Positions 38,833 to 52,721 of a stretch of 64,000 bases of DNA are shown here, in pieces (the stretch's first letter is position 1; each line of letters starts with the position of its first letter). Under the pieces are notes generated by a model. The model worked only from the letters and a program-made list of their open reading frames with translations, ran no database searches and was not told the DNA's origin. Both the position numbers and the translations under genes were made by a program. This DNA comes from Stylophora pistillata (lineage: Eukaryota): NCBI RefSeq assembly GCF_002571385.2, contig NW_019217883.1, positions 110,189 through 174,188 on the forward strand, written 5' to 3'.

Positions 38833-39587
38833 AACAATTGTAAGCCTGAGGTTTTCCTGTGATTCCATAAAGATTCTCGCCACAAACCAGACGAAATTTC
38901 GTTTTTAGTGACGGGAATGAGGAGGAATTCGCTATTTCGTGTCTTCATGTAAAATAGATAGAGCCACATGTTTCACTCCCATGACAGAGTGACCTCTCAA
39001 GTGCATTCTTCTGTGTGCTTTCAACATTTTTTCATTTCGTTTTTTCAAACACAGTTATGTCACGAAAAAGCCCTTTCCAAAAAAATTGTATAATTCTCCT
39101 TGATATGCAGTTCATTCCGTGCTTGATGTGAACTTAGTTCCTTCAATGTTTTCGATCACAACAAAAACTGGACGTGCTACGCTTTAACTTCCCATGGGTG
39201 AAGTATACATTAGAAACAAGGTATTTTTGTCTCCGGTTGTATATTGTAATAAAAAAGATCATTTAACACATTTTGAGATTCGAAGGAGTATCCTAAAATT
39301 TTGAGATTTACTTTCAGTGCGCCAAAATTCGACCATAAGAGCGGCCATGGAAAATTGTAGGCAATTGCGACACAGGAGGAAAAAACAGTATATTGATCTG
39401 AAGATACATGCAAGGCTACATTGGGAACACTCTTAAAAAACCAATAAAGCTCGAGAGAATGTCGCAGAACACTGAGGCCGAGATGGTGAGCAGTTTCCAA
39501 GAAATACTTCCCGCTAGGCGTGGAAGGGGATAGGTTAGGACTAGACGTTTGCGTGAAAGGGTCGTCAGTAATGTGGGATCAACTTAC

Positions 39588-40053
39588 CGATCGCTTTCGT
39601 CCAGCTCCTCCACTGCTGTAGCAAAACAAGTCTGTTGGATCGGTGCAAGTTTTTGAGTTGGTGTCTGAGGTCACATCACCCATGTTGTCCTCCTTCAGTG
39701 CAGTATCACGGACACCTTTCTTAACCATAAATTTCTTTTTGCCACTTGGGTTGAAACGGCAGGTAAATTTTGTGCATCTTGGAACGGGGTCTTGAAACTG
39801 TAAAGGGTTCACAAAGCTACGTGGGCGTTCATATGTTCGTCTAGAGAAATCATCCCGTCTTTTGCCCATAAAAAGATTACAGTTTAGCTGCAGGTGCGAC
39901 GGGAGGGTGTCACAAGGGACTTGGCGCTTCTGTGTAAGCACACTCGAGCGGCCCACGCGCTGCCGCGAGCCATACTCGCATTCTTCTTCATTTTGACAGC
40001 CGTTTAAGGGAGCTTCCTCCATAGGAATCGGACTTTCAACTCGGTTCAAATTC
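39588..40053 (-). CDS. Orphan internal coding exon (155 codons) of an unidentified gene
   Basis: Open frame bounded by CTCTTCTAG|G and TCG|GTAAGT, GC-richer than its flanks. A phase-compatible upstream mini-exon at 45456-45422 (MMSPSLHVTR) is possible. Confidence 0.55.
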
Positions 40054-40837
40054 CTAGAAGAGACTAAAAGTACGTTTAAACAGATAGTGAGTTAGGATGA
40101 TTGGAATTAAAAATCAATTGTTGAGGGTGTAATAAGAGTCTTGCGATTGTCTCGAATACATCACAAAGTTGCATCGTCTCATCGGGAATGGCCAGAGATT
40201 TCTATTTTTAGATTAACGACAAATAAGTACATCCACTGACATGAGCTAGAATTGAGAGAACATAGTGTGCAGCACATGAAATGAGATTCCTTTCAACCAA
40301 TCGTAGGTTGAATGGAATCAACCTACGATTGGTATTTGCATTTGATATTTGCATTTGAATCACAAATTAACATCGACTTTTTGGAAGTAAAATGACAGCA
40401 ACGGGGTGTCAGTTGTAAAAGAAATTACTATCGTTCAAGTCGAATTTTAGTCTTCAAATATGGCAGTATTAGCTATTTAAAGTTGTTGTACTGCTGGAAC
40501 AGGAAGAAGAAGGTCGTAATAAAGGTAAAATTAACATAAATGTCTTACCTGATTGTAGAAAAAACAGAACTAGAAACGTGGAAAGCATTTCGCACCAAAA
40601 GGAGGCTAAACCGTCAATATCAATTCTCTGGAATTGAATGAGACACTTTCTTCAAACAATGAAACTGTTTATAGTGTAGATCTGTGATGGTGAATTGTTT
40701 TCTCGTTAAAAAAATATATTTATATTTATATATATATATATATATATATTCAAGCAGTGAGTTGTAGAAAACCAAGTAATCGCCAGCAGATGATGAACTC
40801 GCCTCACACCAGTCTTCCTCGATTTTAAATACATACA

Positions 40838-41170
40838 TCTTATTAGACGTTTGGTTGTGTTGTATCGCTGAGTATTTTTACGAGGTGTGCAGTATTTTGA
40901 CGAGCCCGTAGGACGAGTCAAAACAGAAACAACGAGTAAAAACAGTCAGCAATACTACACAACAAAACGTCTAATGAGAGATTTATCATCCAACACGCCA
41001 AATTGTTATTTCAGTTTGGGCGAATTTCGCGGATATTTCTGAGGAACAAATATCGCGTGATTTTTGTACTCTTCTCGCGCGTTATTTGTACTCTACAAAG
41101 CATAGTTGGAAATAAAGATAAAAGGCTTTACAATTTATCACAGTAACCTTAACATTGTTGATTGAATTAC
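40838..41170. mobile_element. Palindromic non-autonomous element (arms CTTATTAGACGTTT...AAACGTCTAAT)
   Basis: A 140-bp hairpin with central GACGAGCCCGTAGGACGAGTC plus an extension. Second copy in the opposite orientation at 52560-52741. Confidence 0.75.
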
Positions 41171-44100
41171 TTCGTGAGCCATTTGTACGAAAGAACTAGG
41201 TATATAGGAAACGAAGCTATGCAGCCACATAATTGCTGTAAAAGATACGTCAAATTATGATATCAAAGTGAAACCGTTTACACAATGTTACGACAGACTA
41301 AAACCCAACGCGTAAATTTGGAAAATAACCTCTTCATTTCAGGTGGTATTGTTTGTTTATTGACCAAGCGTCCGAGTGACAAGGCCACCAGACAAAACTA
41401 GTGTTTGAAAATCAATGTTTAACAGAGTCTGTTGAAAATAACGGTTCTTACTGATTAAGATAATATAATTGCATTCTGTTTTCAATGTTTTGCTAAGTCT
41501 TCAAAAGTAAAGGTTGTAACTATCTGTTAAATACCTCGGTGACAATATCCCGATTACTCTTTATTAGGAAGCATATTCCCTCCCTAAGAATTGCTTTGTT
41601 GTGACGAAAAAGGTTCTCGCTCTGTATATTGATATCCGGGTTTAAAATGAAATACGATAAATCTGATTTGGAAACCAAATTTCTCTATTCGGAAGGAACA
41701 AATACTAATTGTTGACGACCTTACCAAAATTGAGAAGTTCGGCTAGGTTGTACAGGCACAAGAGGGCGTTGAGTATTTCTGGTGTTCCATTACTTCTAGC
41801 AATTTCTTTAAGTAATGTCAGATCAAAGATAAAGTGAAATTGGGGATTTCGTACCTTGATAACTCACCTTGCTCTATGTTTTTCACTTAAGCATGGGCCG
41901 TATGCATGCAGTTGAAAAACTGATCAGCTTATATTCCTTTTAGCGCCTCGTTGTCGGAAATAACTATGAAAGATTACTGCCATCACATCCTTCTCAGTGG
42001 GTTTATTCGCCGCTTTGAGTTCCTTGTGGTGGGCGGGGGCAGCAAATGATATCAACATTTAATCGCTTATCCGGTAATTAATCAAACAGATGAACCATTG
42101 ACTCGAAAGTTCTACCGTTGACTCGTCGCTGAAATAAACTGAAAACTTGTCAGTGAGTCAAAATCATGACCCAAGACGTTCCTTTCATTTTTGCGTCTCC
42201 AGGTTTTAAGTCGAATCAGACTTTGCTTCCTTGTAGTTTCGTGTAGCTGTTATAACCACCTCCCTCTACTTGGTGATCGATGATATATATAGATTTCATT
42301 ATCCTCGCCTCTAGAATAATAAATGTGTCCCGTAAGACAAAGAGGCTCCAGATATTTTTCACCCTTCTTTGAAATCTCGAGAGGCAAAAAATTACTTTTG
42401 AAGACTCACACAAATATCTGATTTGCCCTCGTCTAGAAGAAATTCCGCATTTTTCGTCTTGGCCCAGATATTTTAACATTTAATACCCGATCTGAAACAA
42501 AAAGATTCGTCCGGAATATGTCTTCTTAAAATTTGTGGATGTGAAGTTAAAATTTGTAAACGATTTTTGAACGACTTTTGGACTTGTTTGCTTTCGCGTT
42601 ACCCTCCTCTCCACAAAATTATTTACTTAACATATTCCCAAGTAAATGAAGGAAGAAAAGGATAATAAAAAATATATTGAAATCTATATCTTTTTTTAAT
42701 ACATCTCCCAAAAAATTTAATTTCGATAGAGTTTAAAATTTGCAATTTTATCGTTTCGATCTTAGTAATTAAAGATTGAAAGCATTTGCGACCAATACTA
42801 CATCTTTTTGTTTATTTGTCAAATTTAAAACAAGTTCCTAATATCATAAAGCCAAAATTTAAAAAAATTTAAATTGAAAGATAGAAATAAAAGATGGAAC
42901 TGCTTGTTCTAAATCTCGGTAATTAATTAAGTTACGGATCAAAGAAGCATCTTTCTTTTATGCACCAACATCACTGAATGAATATTCTTAAATGAACGTT
43001 AACATATCTCTTAAGGGTTTTCCAATTCAGTTTATATCGTTCATTCGTTGTGCGAATCCTAGCAGTAAAAAAAAAAAAAAAACATATTTTGTATTAAACA
43101 TTATCCGATAACAAATTTTTACTTTTTTCGGACCTATTCATTTTCGTGGGAGGTAGTTTTTATTTTGAATAAAAAAAAAATAGATATTACAGAATTTATC
43201 GTTATTTATTATTCTGTTTCTTTTTCAGACATGTTCCTGGTCCAGTTTATACGATAATTTTTTCATATTTTGCGATCAACGGTATTCAACATACATTTCG
43301 TACACGTTGTAGTGATTTTAAAGCGCTGCAATTTTTTTTCTCTGAGAAATCTCTGTTTCATAACAGTGTATTCCAAGTGCTGATTAAAACGATGAACATC
43401 TTAGTCCACACAATAAATCATAGTCTTTCCTTTACAACGGAAACAAATAGCACGATTTTTAAGGCTCATTGTTAATCTTTGCTTTCGGTTCCCATCTTTT
43501 AGTCGTTTTTCTTAAAATCTATCAGTGATATCCGTCGTGGTATCTGAAGTGTAGTTTATCTTAAAAATTCACGGCTGTCAGACAAATTCGCTAAACTGAG
43601 TGTGGCGAGGCAATTATTTGGATGTTTAAGTTTGTTTTCAATAACAAAGCAATTTATTTGGGATGAGCTGTCGGAAGCATGACTTTCAAGTTTACCGTCT
43701 TCCTCGATTTCTCGTTCTTGTATTCCAAAACTTTATCAAAACATTGTTTCAAGGAATGTCGAAAGACTGCAACGAGAAAACGTGAAGCGCAATTTATTCT
43801 CACAGCAAATGAATACAAAATATATTCGAGAAACAACAGCAACAAAAAAGCACCTGACTAGCAAAAATAGCGGTAATTCCTAACTTATCAAATTACTCGA
43901 TTATTCCGTCAGTCAAATAAATGTACCGCTCATTTTGAGTAGCCCTCTACAATCAAGCACACTATCGAAGAGATCTGCATATTGGACAAATTCTTTTTTC
44001 TCATGAGAAAAGTATTTTTTAGTAGCAATTGATAAGCAGTGAGTAATCGTTTGGTTGGAAAATATGATCAGTGGCTCACAATGCAAAGACTTAACTTGTA

Positions 44101-46401
44101 GCAAGTGAACTACACTCAACGGTTCTAATATAACGGTGGACAATCCTTCAGCTTTGACGTGAAACGATGTAACTTGATATCAAGGACTTAAGTTGGATCC
44201 ACTGGACTGAATCATTCGACGATAAAGTAATTTTTGGTGTTTTAGAACGTTGTACATTCAACAGATTTTTTCACAACTTTTTGCTATAATATGACTTAAA
44301 CGAAGATGTAAATATATTTCAGGATAACATGACAGATCCACTTGTTATTGCTTGACATAAGCCGTGTGATTGATATGCCGGTGAACAACATCGATAACGA
44401 TTGTGAAAGATGACTTGATGCCATATTTTAAAATCAAAATTGAAAGAATCGAGAATCAGCTTCTGGCATCCAGTCCCTTTTGTTTCTTTAGCTGATATTC
44501 TTATTGCATGATTTAAAGAAAATGTGAAACCCCTATTTTGAATAAAAGCAACAGCTTTACGGGCCCGTTAAGTTACCGGGACTTTCGAAAAACGGGCCCG
44601 CCCAGCTGGCCCCAGCAACAGAGGCTCAAATGAAAATTAACGATCTGTCGCGTTTGAATCCTTCCTCCAGATAACTGTGCTGCCAAAGCTCTTAATATCA
44701 ATTTTTTTTGGTAATTTTTCTGTTTATACGTTAGAAACACATTGTAATGTTATTTCATGCATTTCCGATAGCAACACATGCTGGGACTGGTATGCCGAAA
44801 AGGAATCTTAATTCGCAACATAGTCAACTAATTTCGATCTCAGTTTCTCAACAGAACCGATCCATTTGTTTTTGTTTCTTTTCCCTTCCTTCTTGCTTTT
44901 AGGTTTACATGACTGTAATTGAATTGGTATTTTGATGTTTCAGTGAAACACATTTCGCCAAAGTTTAGGGAGACAGCCCAGCAATTTCTTATCCACAATC
45001 TCTGATCAAGCGCATCATTGACCTTGAAGCATTCAGAAGTAATAACTATCAATAGATATCGTCCTAAGGTGAACTTAAATTAAAATTTTATGACTGATGT
45101 TGAAGGATGTAGAAAACGCCTTTGATAAGTGGGTTTTGTTGAATTGAAAAGTCCTTGCTACAGTGACGTGCGAGTGACATAAACATGATGTATTGGCCGT
45201 TTGTCAATTTAATAGACTATCAGAAACAACAAATACTTCACAATAAAATTCAATAGAGACAAAACTGCCTCTCACTCAATTTGTCACAACAAAACATAAT
45301 TAAATTTTCTATTCTTCATACGGCTTGAGGATGCTTTGACTCCTGCTCTTCATAATTTTTTGGCATCGGGTTGTAAAATTCGATCTATTTCTGGTGGCTT
45401 TCTACATGAAGGTTCGGATACCTTGTCACATGAAGACTCGGTGACATCATTGCCAGCTGGAGGTAACATGACAAACTTTTAGATAGTCATTACCAAAATA
45501 TCGGTTGAATTGAGTGGCCCTCAAAAACATTTTAACCAAATTTCAATACTCTTGTAGCTTTGTATCACCACATGAACCGTTTTAATCGACCACTTGCGCC
45601 ACTAGAATAGGAAAATTAATCATTTTCTAGGAATGCAAAGCTCATTTCAGTTGAGTCATTGAAGCCAAGGGATAGAGAAGAGGGGAGGTTGGGGGGAAGG
45701 GGAGGGGGTGCTGAGATGATACTTCCCTGAGTTTTTAGCTCTGTTTCAGATATATGTAGACGCTCAAATATTGTATTGTCTTGAAGCTATACCCGTTTTC
45801 AATCCAAAATCGGATGAAAAATTATACCTTTTGTCTTCAATCTATACCCGTTTTCAATCCAAAACCGGATCAAAAATTGCACCTTTGGGAAGGCGCATAC
45901 CATATTACTTAGTTAAATAACCTATTTATGGGAGTAATTCACCCCCTCCACCCACGAGAAGGGGTCGTTAAAGGAAAAACAAAGTAATAAGAACACAGGA
46001 AATTTAAGCGTTTTTTTTATCACATGAAACAGACACATTTTATTATTTCCTTCGCGCTGAAGGTAATTTTGCGCATCTTAACAAACGACTCGAAAATATC
46101 GTGACCATAGCCTTAAATATGTCAGTTTTTATATTCGATTTGTAAGAGTAACACCCTGAGGTCAAGTTTAAATTGGCGTCAAGTATGTGCAACATGGAAA
46201 TGTACACGTCAAGTAAATGTCGTCACACCTACGTCATTACTTACTATTAGTAAGTACTCCTCACAGGAATGAACTTCTTGAAAATAAATGAAGATTTTCA
46301 ACGGTTCCTCTGATTATTTTTCACCCAGGCCATATTTTTATACGATTATCTCACTAAATGAGTGTTTTTGTAAAAGCTGGAGAGAATGCAGGGAGTGCCT
46401 A

Positions 46402-46429
46402 TGACGTCAAATGCTGTTGTTATGGTGAC
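46402..46429. promoter_or_regulatory. Candidate promoter motifs: perfect CRE (TGACGTCA) next to an RFX X-box-like GTTGTTATGGTGAC
   Basis: Motif match only. Confidence 0.35.
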
Positions 46430-46447
46430 GATTTTGAAAATCTCTGC

Positions 46448-46637
46448 ACACCTTTTCATTCTAAGCAAAAAGCTCCGGTGAGTCTGAGCTTTTGATTTAA
46501 GGTAGACCCTCTTTATTCTATCGGGCAGTCAACAATGTGAGACACCTTTTCATTCTAAGCAAAAAGCTCCGGTGAGTCTGAGCTTTTGATTTAAGGTAGA
46601 CCCTCTTTATTCTATCGGGCAGTTAACAATGTGAGAC
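46448..46637. repeat. 94-bp direct tandem duplication (one mismatch)
   Basis: acaccttttcattctaagc...aacaatgtgag at 46448 and 46542. Confidence 0.95.
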
Positions 46638-49600
46638 GCCGCTTCGCGTAACAGAGGTAGTGGTAAAAATAAGATACCTACACGCTAACAGTTTCATAGT
46701 TTTCAATCACAAGAGGCACAAAATAACTATGTTCAAAGACAGCAACTGTATAAACTTTGAAGTGCTAGAGTAATAGAGGGCAAAAGAACCTCGCAAAGGG
46801 TATATTTCCGTAATATTTTGCTGATAACTTGATTTCAATTGTCGCACTCAAGGGACCTGAATTTTTCGTCTAAGAATTTTAACCTGAAATAAACAAAGTT
46901 AAGCGAAAGCTGCTCTAGGTTACTAAAAATCATCAGAAGCACTCGATTTTTCAAGGGTGTAATTAACAATTAAAGCTCTATAGGTGGCTGAACCTACTGC
47001 TTACTAGCTGTGGGAAAAGTCTGTTACCGTGGATGTTTGGCAGGAAGGGAGGGGAGGGCGGGGATCAGAAGTTATCAGAGAAGGAGCTCTCAATATTCTA
47101 CATGATCTGATGTTTATTTCCATCACCTCTGTCAATTTTCAAGTCTGAATAACACAGATTCTGAATGTAAAATTGCTACAACAGTTTGATTTTTACGAAA
47201 ACAATAGTGCCTCTTATAACTCCTTGGATACTTCTTCATCGTATCGTTTTGCCTCGTGCCTGCATTTTCTTCTTCAAAGCACGGAATTCCTCTGAGGTGT
47301 ACTGCTTTTTTGCCGGCTCCTGCAAAATAGATCAATTAAAAAGAGCACTGGCGTCTTTCATATCAAATATTTTTTTTCCTTTTTTGTCTCCGATAATCGA
47401 AATGAGTGGTTAAGGTTAACTTACATTCCTTTTCCATCATTTGTTTTGATAATCAATTCAATTTCAGAAACTATTGATACGGGCTGATTTCAATAACGCA
47501 TTTTTCTCAATTGTTTTACAAATTTTGGCGCCATTATTATTTCACTCGAATTCAAAAAGTCAAAGCTTCTCGTTGAACAGATGAAATGTAATTCGTAGCA
47601 GTCGTTCATTTGAAAGGCGTCGCAGTTTAAAGACGTAAAATAATTAACAAATCGAAAGGTTTAGCATGGTCTCTCTGTACTCTTGTCGACAACGATATTC
47701 ATCATCACAGTAATCAGCTGTTGTGGACTCTCGAGGCGCAGCCGCAATAGCTACATCAAATGCAACAATTCTTTCAGTCGGCTCCAAATATTAACGATAA
47801 CTTATTACAAAAAAAAAAAACATTAACAACAAGGATGGAAGCTAGGAAGCGCAAGTTGTTCCATGCAATAAAGTAGATGAAATATTTTTCTTGAAACAAA
47901 TAGTCACTGTATGAAAGTTGAAAATTCCTCTCTCTGAAACTCAAACCCAACTTGATATTTTACTGCCATTTTTTAACACTGATAATGTTAAAACAGGATT
48001 ATAAAATTTCTGAAATATTGCTCAAAAGCCCTACCGCCTATTGCACTTGTAAACCCATTGAAAATTGAACGTTTTGTCATTTTGTTTTAAGTTTATTTGA
48101 TAAATACAACAGACCGCCATTTCGATCGGTTTATCGGCCTAATAACTCGGTTGAGATGTTGGTAGAACACGAGAAAAGTTTCTTGATCACTTGCCTCCGG
48201 CCGGCTCATGATTTACAGATTTTAAATCTTCTCGTGTTCTCTCAACTTCCCGCGTGGGTTATTACGCCGGTAAACCGACAAAAAAAGGCGGTCTACTGCT
48301 TAATTAGTGGTTTTAAATGTATGATTTCTTTCATACCTTTCTATCGCAGCGTTTTTTGTCTCTTCTCTTCATTTCACTGAAAATAATAATAATAATAATC
48401 ATGAATATGGTAAAAAACAGAAACAGGTTTTAGGAGGCGTTTAATTAAGGGAAGCTCTGTATCAAATGCTAGCTGTGTAAATAATTTTCTAATGTGATAT
48501 CTCATTTCCCTTTCTCTACTTCCCACGCATTTGTAAAATTCCTCTTTACACCTTGATTATTACTTATTTTGAATAGTCAGCTGTAAAGTTTTAATAATTT
48601 TCAGAATTTCGTCCTTTAAAAGGGAGCTCAGCATATCATGCCCGATGCTCATGCAACCAACAACTACTTGAGACTTCCTGTCTCCCAAATTAAGATCTCA
48701 AATTCCTTGAGTTTTGGTGGTTTTTCCGCAACTCAATGCTTAATACTCCACTTGGATGTCAATGACATTCGTTGTTAAAATTAAAACAATGTTTCCTTGA
48801 GAAAAAAATTGAGCTACGTACTCGACTAATATCAAATGGATACAGTTTTGAGTGAAAATACATTGCGTAAGTGTGGATCTACGTCAAAGGGAAAAAGGCC
48901 AAAAATGAACTCTGATTTACTACAATCACTAAATCAGCCTGGTGAAGAGATAGCAAGACCCCTTTTGTTCAGCACTCCTGTGAACATTATCGATTTAATG
49001 AACGAACGAGTGAAGGAAAACCGCTAGAAATTATATTATTCCATTTGCGGTTTGCTTATGATATGCCACGCTTTCTAGAATTGTGAGCCTTCCACGAATA
49101 TTTGATTCACATTAAAAAAATTGATGCCTTTCAAAATATCGTCTAAGAAAGTCTTCCCGTAATTTTGTACAGGAATTATGAATTACACAGGAAAAACGTA
49201 AATACCAAACTTCCGAAAACATGTCATTGGCGCGCGCGACTCTTAAGACCATTTTCCGGTGTTTTGAAAGCTGATTAACAATTTTTAAGCCGAGAATGAA
49301 GTGCTGAGTTTATCGAGTAAGTTTCTATATCACTAACTTGTGAAAGAAATAATAACTGTTAAAACTTTATGCAGACTGACTAAAGTTTTCGTAGGCAGCT
49401 TATGCATGGTCATCAAACTTGACAGAGCCACCTTAATGAAAACGGAAACAAGCGGCAAATATTTGAACTGTGCCTGAATGAACTCAAAATACAATAATCC
49501 TAAATATTATCTTCCTTCAAGTGACCCTGCTAGACTTATTCCTGTAATAGGTTCTTTTTGTATACCTTTTCATATCTTCTCCTTTGATACGCTTTATTAA

Positions 49601-49913
49601 GAATCAAGGATAACTTTTATCTCGCAAGCCCTGGGAAAGAAAACCAACGGTGATGGAACGTGCGCTTTTATGCTTTCCGTGTTTTAAATGTGTTCTTCTT
49701 CTTAATTCTTCTTCTTCTTCTTGCCGACATCATCCAAAAATTACGATCGTTGTAAATCCGCTCCAAGCGGGATCAAGGTATGCAATCCCGAGCGGGTAAT
49801 CCCGAGCGGGTAAGATGGGCCCATGGGCCTTGTGGGGCACTTAGCTCGAGAGCAGACTCGAGTGCAGTGTTTTAGTCAGATATTGCATTTTATATTTCTT
49901 TTGTTTTGTTATC

Positions 49914-51620
49914 TCACCTGGAGGCGGGCTTCTTATCCTTGTAACTAGGTTCAGCTTTCCTGTCCGTAATGATTTCGCTCTCTCTGGCTCGCTGCCCACC
50001 AAAGAGAACTGTTGCTTTGGTTGCCTTCCATCTTCCTCCTCCAGCTAATGGTTTTTTGATCATGGGCAGCAGGGTGCTTTTTTTCCTAAGTGACCTTGAC
50101 GTTTCCTTATTAGTTACCGCTTCAGCACGATCGAGCAGATATTTGAACAGCGGTATCTCACTAAACTTCTCCGCTCGTAACCTCAGCTTTGTAATAACAA
50201 CTCTATGCAGGAGCGCCAGCGTCTCCGGGCTGCGCCGCGCTACGAGCCGCTGAAAGCTTGCTTTGTCCAACTCATACCCCTCTAGCGTCTCGACACACTC
50301 TACACTCGCACAGTACTCTGGGATATCAAGAACTATCTCCACGTCACCAATAATGTCATTGGGTCCAATGGTGGAGACCTGTAATTCACGGCGCCGTAGC
50401 CTGTTCTCCAAAGCAACGAATCCATGCTGCAATCTCCGGCGTCGTTTTTCAATAACAGTTAAAGGCCTAACTAGATCTTCTAATGCATTCAATTCGATCT
50501 TTTCTTCTTCTTCTTTTTGTTCTTCCTCTTCCCCGTGGTGTCGTTTTTTTTTCTTCTCTCTCTTTTTCGGTGTAAAAGCTTCGAACTGTTCTTTGCACTT
50601 TCTGGGATCAGATAAAACTTTAGCGGCACCTTTAGCAATGAGATAAACCGCGTTACAAGGCGAGCCCTGCTTGACTACCCGATTTCCAAACTGGATTTTA
50701 TGCATTTTAAGGTATTCAATTAATAGTGCTTTCAGCGCTGTCGGCCAGGACGCAAACAGCGGGCAAGCAAGAACAAAGGCAGACTTCTCTTTCCATTCAA
50801 TGTTATACGCGTGAAAAGCACTCTTATACAATTCCTCATCGATAATAATCAATTCTGTCAACTCATCGGCGATCACGGTGGCATTTCGTTCCTTTTTACT
50901 GCTCATTAGAACCATCTCACCAAAACTCTTGCCACTCTTCAGATTTCCCAACTCATTCCCAAAGTACGCCATTCTTTCTTGGGCGCTGCGGACTGCACCC
51001 ATGTCGTGATGATGGTGGTAGTCGGTGTGATGATCATCTTCCTTTCTGGCATAAACTGACACCGCTCCCTTAAGAATGACATAGAAACTGCCAGAGAGTA
51101 AACACATATTCAGACTCAGATTCTTTTAGACGCAGTGAATGCAAGTTCATCCGTTGGATATCGAAGAGCAGGTAACAAAACCAAATTAATATACATACAT
51201 CTTATTCGATAGTTAAACATGCATATAATAAGCGAACATTTTGCAAGTTAATTTGTATTTCCGAGGGGTGAGAAAAATTACGAGCTATAAGCTGGAAATG
51301 CCCGGGAAACGACGTTGAGCAGTACTTACCAGTTTCCCTTCTCTCCCTGTCGAACGATGACATGATCTTTCTTTACTTTGATCAACTGCACATCTTTGAT
51401 GACATTGATTAGAATCTCTGTTTCAAAAAGAAACAGTGCATACGAGAAAATGAATGTTTATCGAAGTCTCGACCCCAACCCAAAATAGGAAAGCATATTC
51501 TCCCAACAGATAACCATAAACATGTTTTTCTCTTATTAGCCAAGTTCGAGGTCCTTACTGTAAGTTACGGAGCGAGATTTTTCTTCTCGGATTTAGGTAT
51601 ATCAAAAACAGGTTACGTAA

Positions 51621-51655
<35 letters not shown>

Positions 51656-52689
51656 TAATAGTAATAATACCTTTATATAGCGTCTATTCCCAGTGGTCCA
51701 AAAACGCTTCACAGGAGAGAAATTATTATTAAAAGCCACAAATTACCTAACTATGTCTATAAAAATAAAGTATTATTTACAAAAAATACAATAAAATTCA
51801 AATAATAGAAATTATTATCCAACTACACCTAGACGAGTACGAATAACGCCATAGACGAGTACAAATATCACGCGGTATTTGTACTCGTCTATTGTAGTAC
51901 CGGTTAAATAAACTGGTTTTCTCGCATCCCGCAAGCGAAGAATTGGATTGTAGTCACGGAAAAAAAAAAGGGTGGCGGACAATTTGAATCATATTTCCGA
52001 CGACGAAGAGTCAGAATGGCTGGAAAATATAGATCCAAATTCATTTGATGAATCGAACGAAGAAAAACAGCTTGACGACCAGAAAATTTCTTCATTTAAT
52101 GAAGAAAATAGAAACAGCAACACAACAACGCGCCAATTCCGTTCCGCCTCGCATACTTCTGTCACGCACTCCCCGTAAATAAAGATCCGCGAAATTCGCC
52201 CGCACTGAAACACACGGGGCCCAGACAAGCGACGAGTGTGGTTGTTTATTCGAAATATAAAGGAATGTATGGGAGAATATTGAAGAGTCTTATTATCGTA
52301 AACTTATATCATGAAATGTCTGACTTAAAGCTCAAAATAAATGTAAACCTACCTCACTTGCTGTGTATTGTCTTTTCCGTGGATCTAAATGGCGAATTTG
52401 AGCGATTTGGTGGGTTTTGCCTCGACTGTTGCTATACGTTATAAGAAGGTCTCCTTATTTCATGATATAAGTTCACGATAATAAGACTCTTCAATATTCT
52501 CCCATACATTCCTTTATATTTCGAATAAGCAACCAGACTCGTCGCTTGTCTGGGCCCCCTGTGACTGAAATAACAGTTTGGCGTGTTGGATAATAAATAA
52601 CTTATTAGACGTTTTCTTGTGTAGTATCGCTGAGTATTTTTACTCGTTATTTGTATTTTGACGAGCCCGTAGGGCTCGTCAAAATACGA

Positions 52690-52721
<32 letters not shown>

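Noticed and set aside
47234-47320. Possible terminal exon EPAKKQYTSEEFRALKKKMQARGKTIR* (-)
   Set aside because: The acceptor is plausible, but phase 0 does not fit the CNBD donor (phase 2) and no linking exon was found.
48836-49027. 63-aa plus-strand ORF
   Set aside because: Short, with no recognisable motif or splice support.
49969-50646. Plus-strand ORFs of 94 and 127 aa (likewise 7030-7683 and 14269-14637)
   Set aside because: Antisense shadows of real coding exons.
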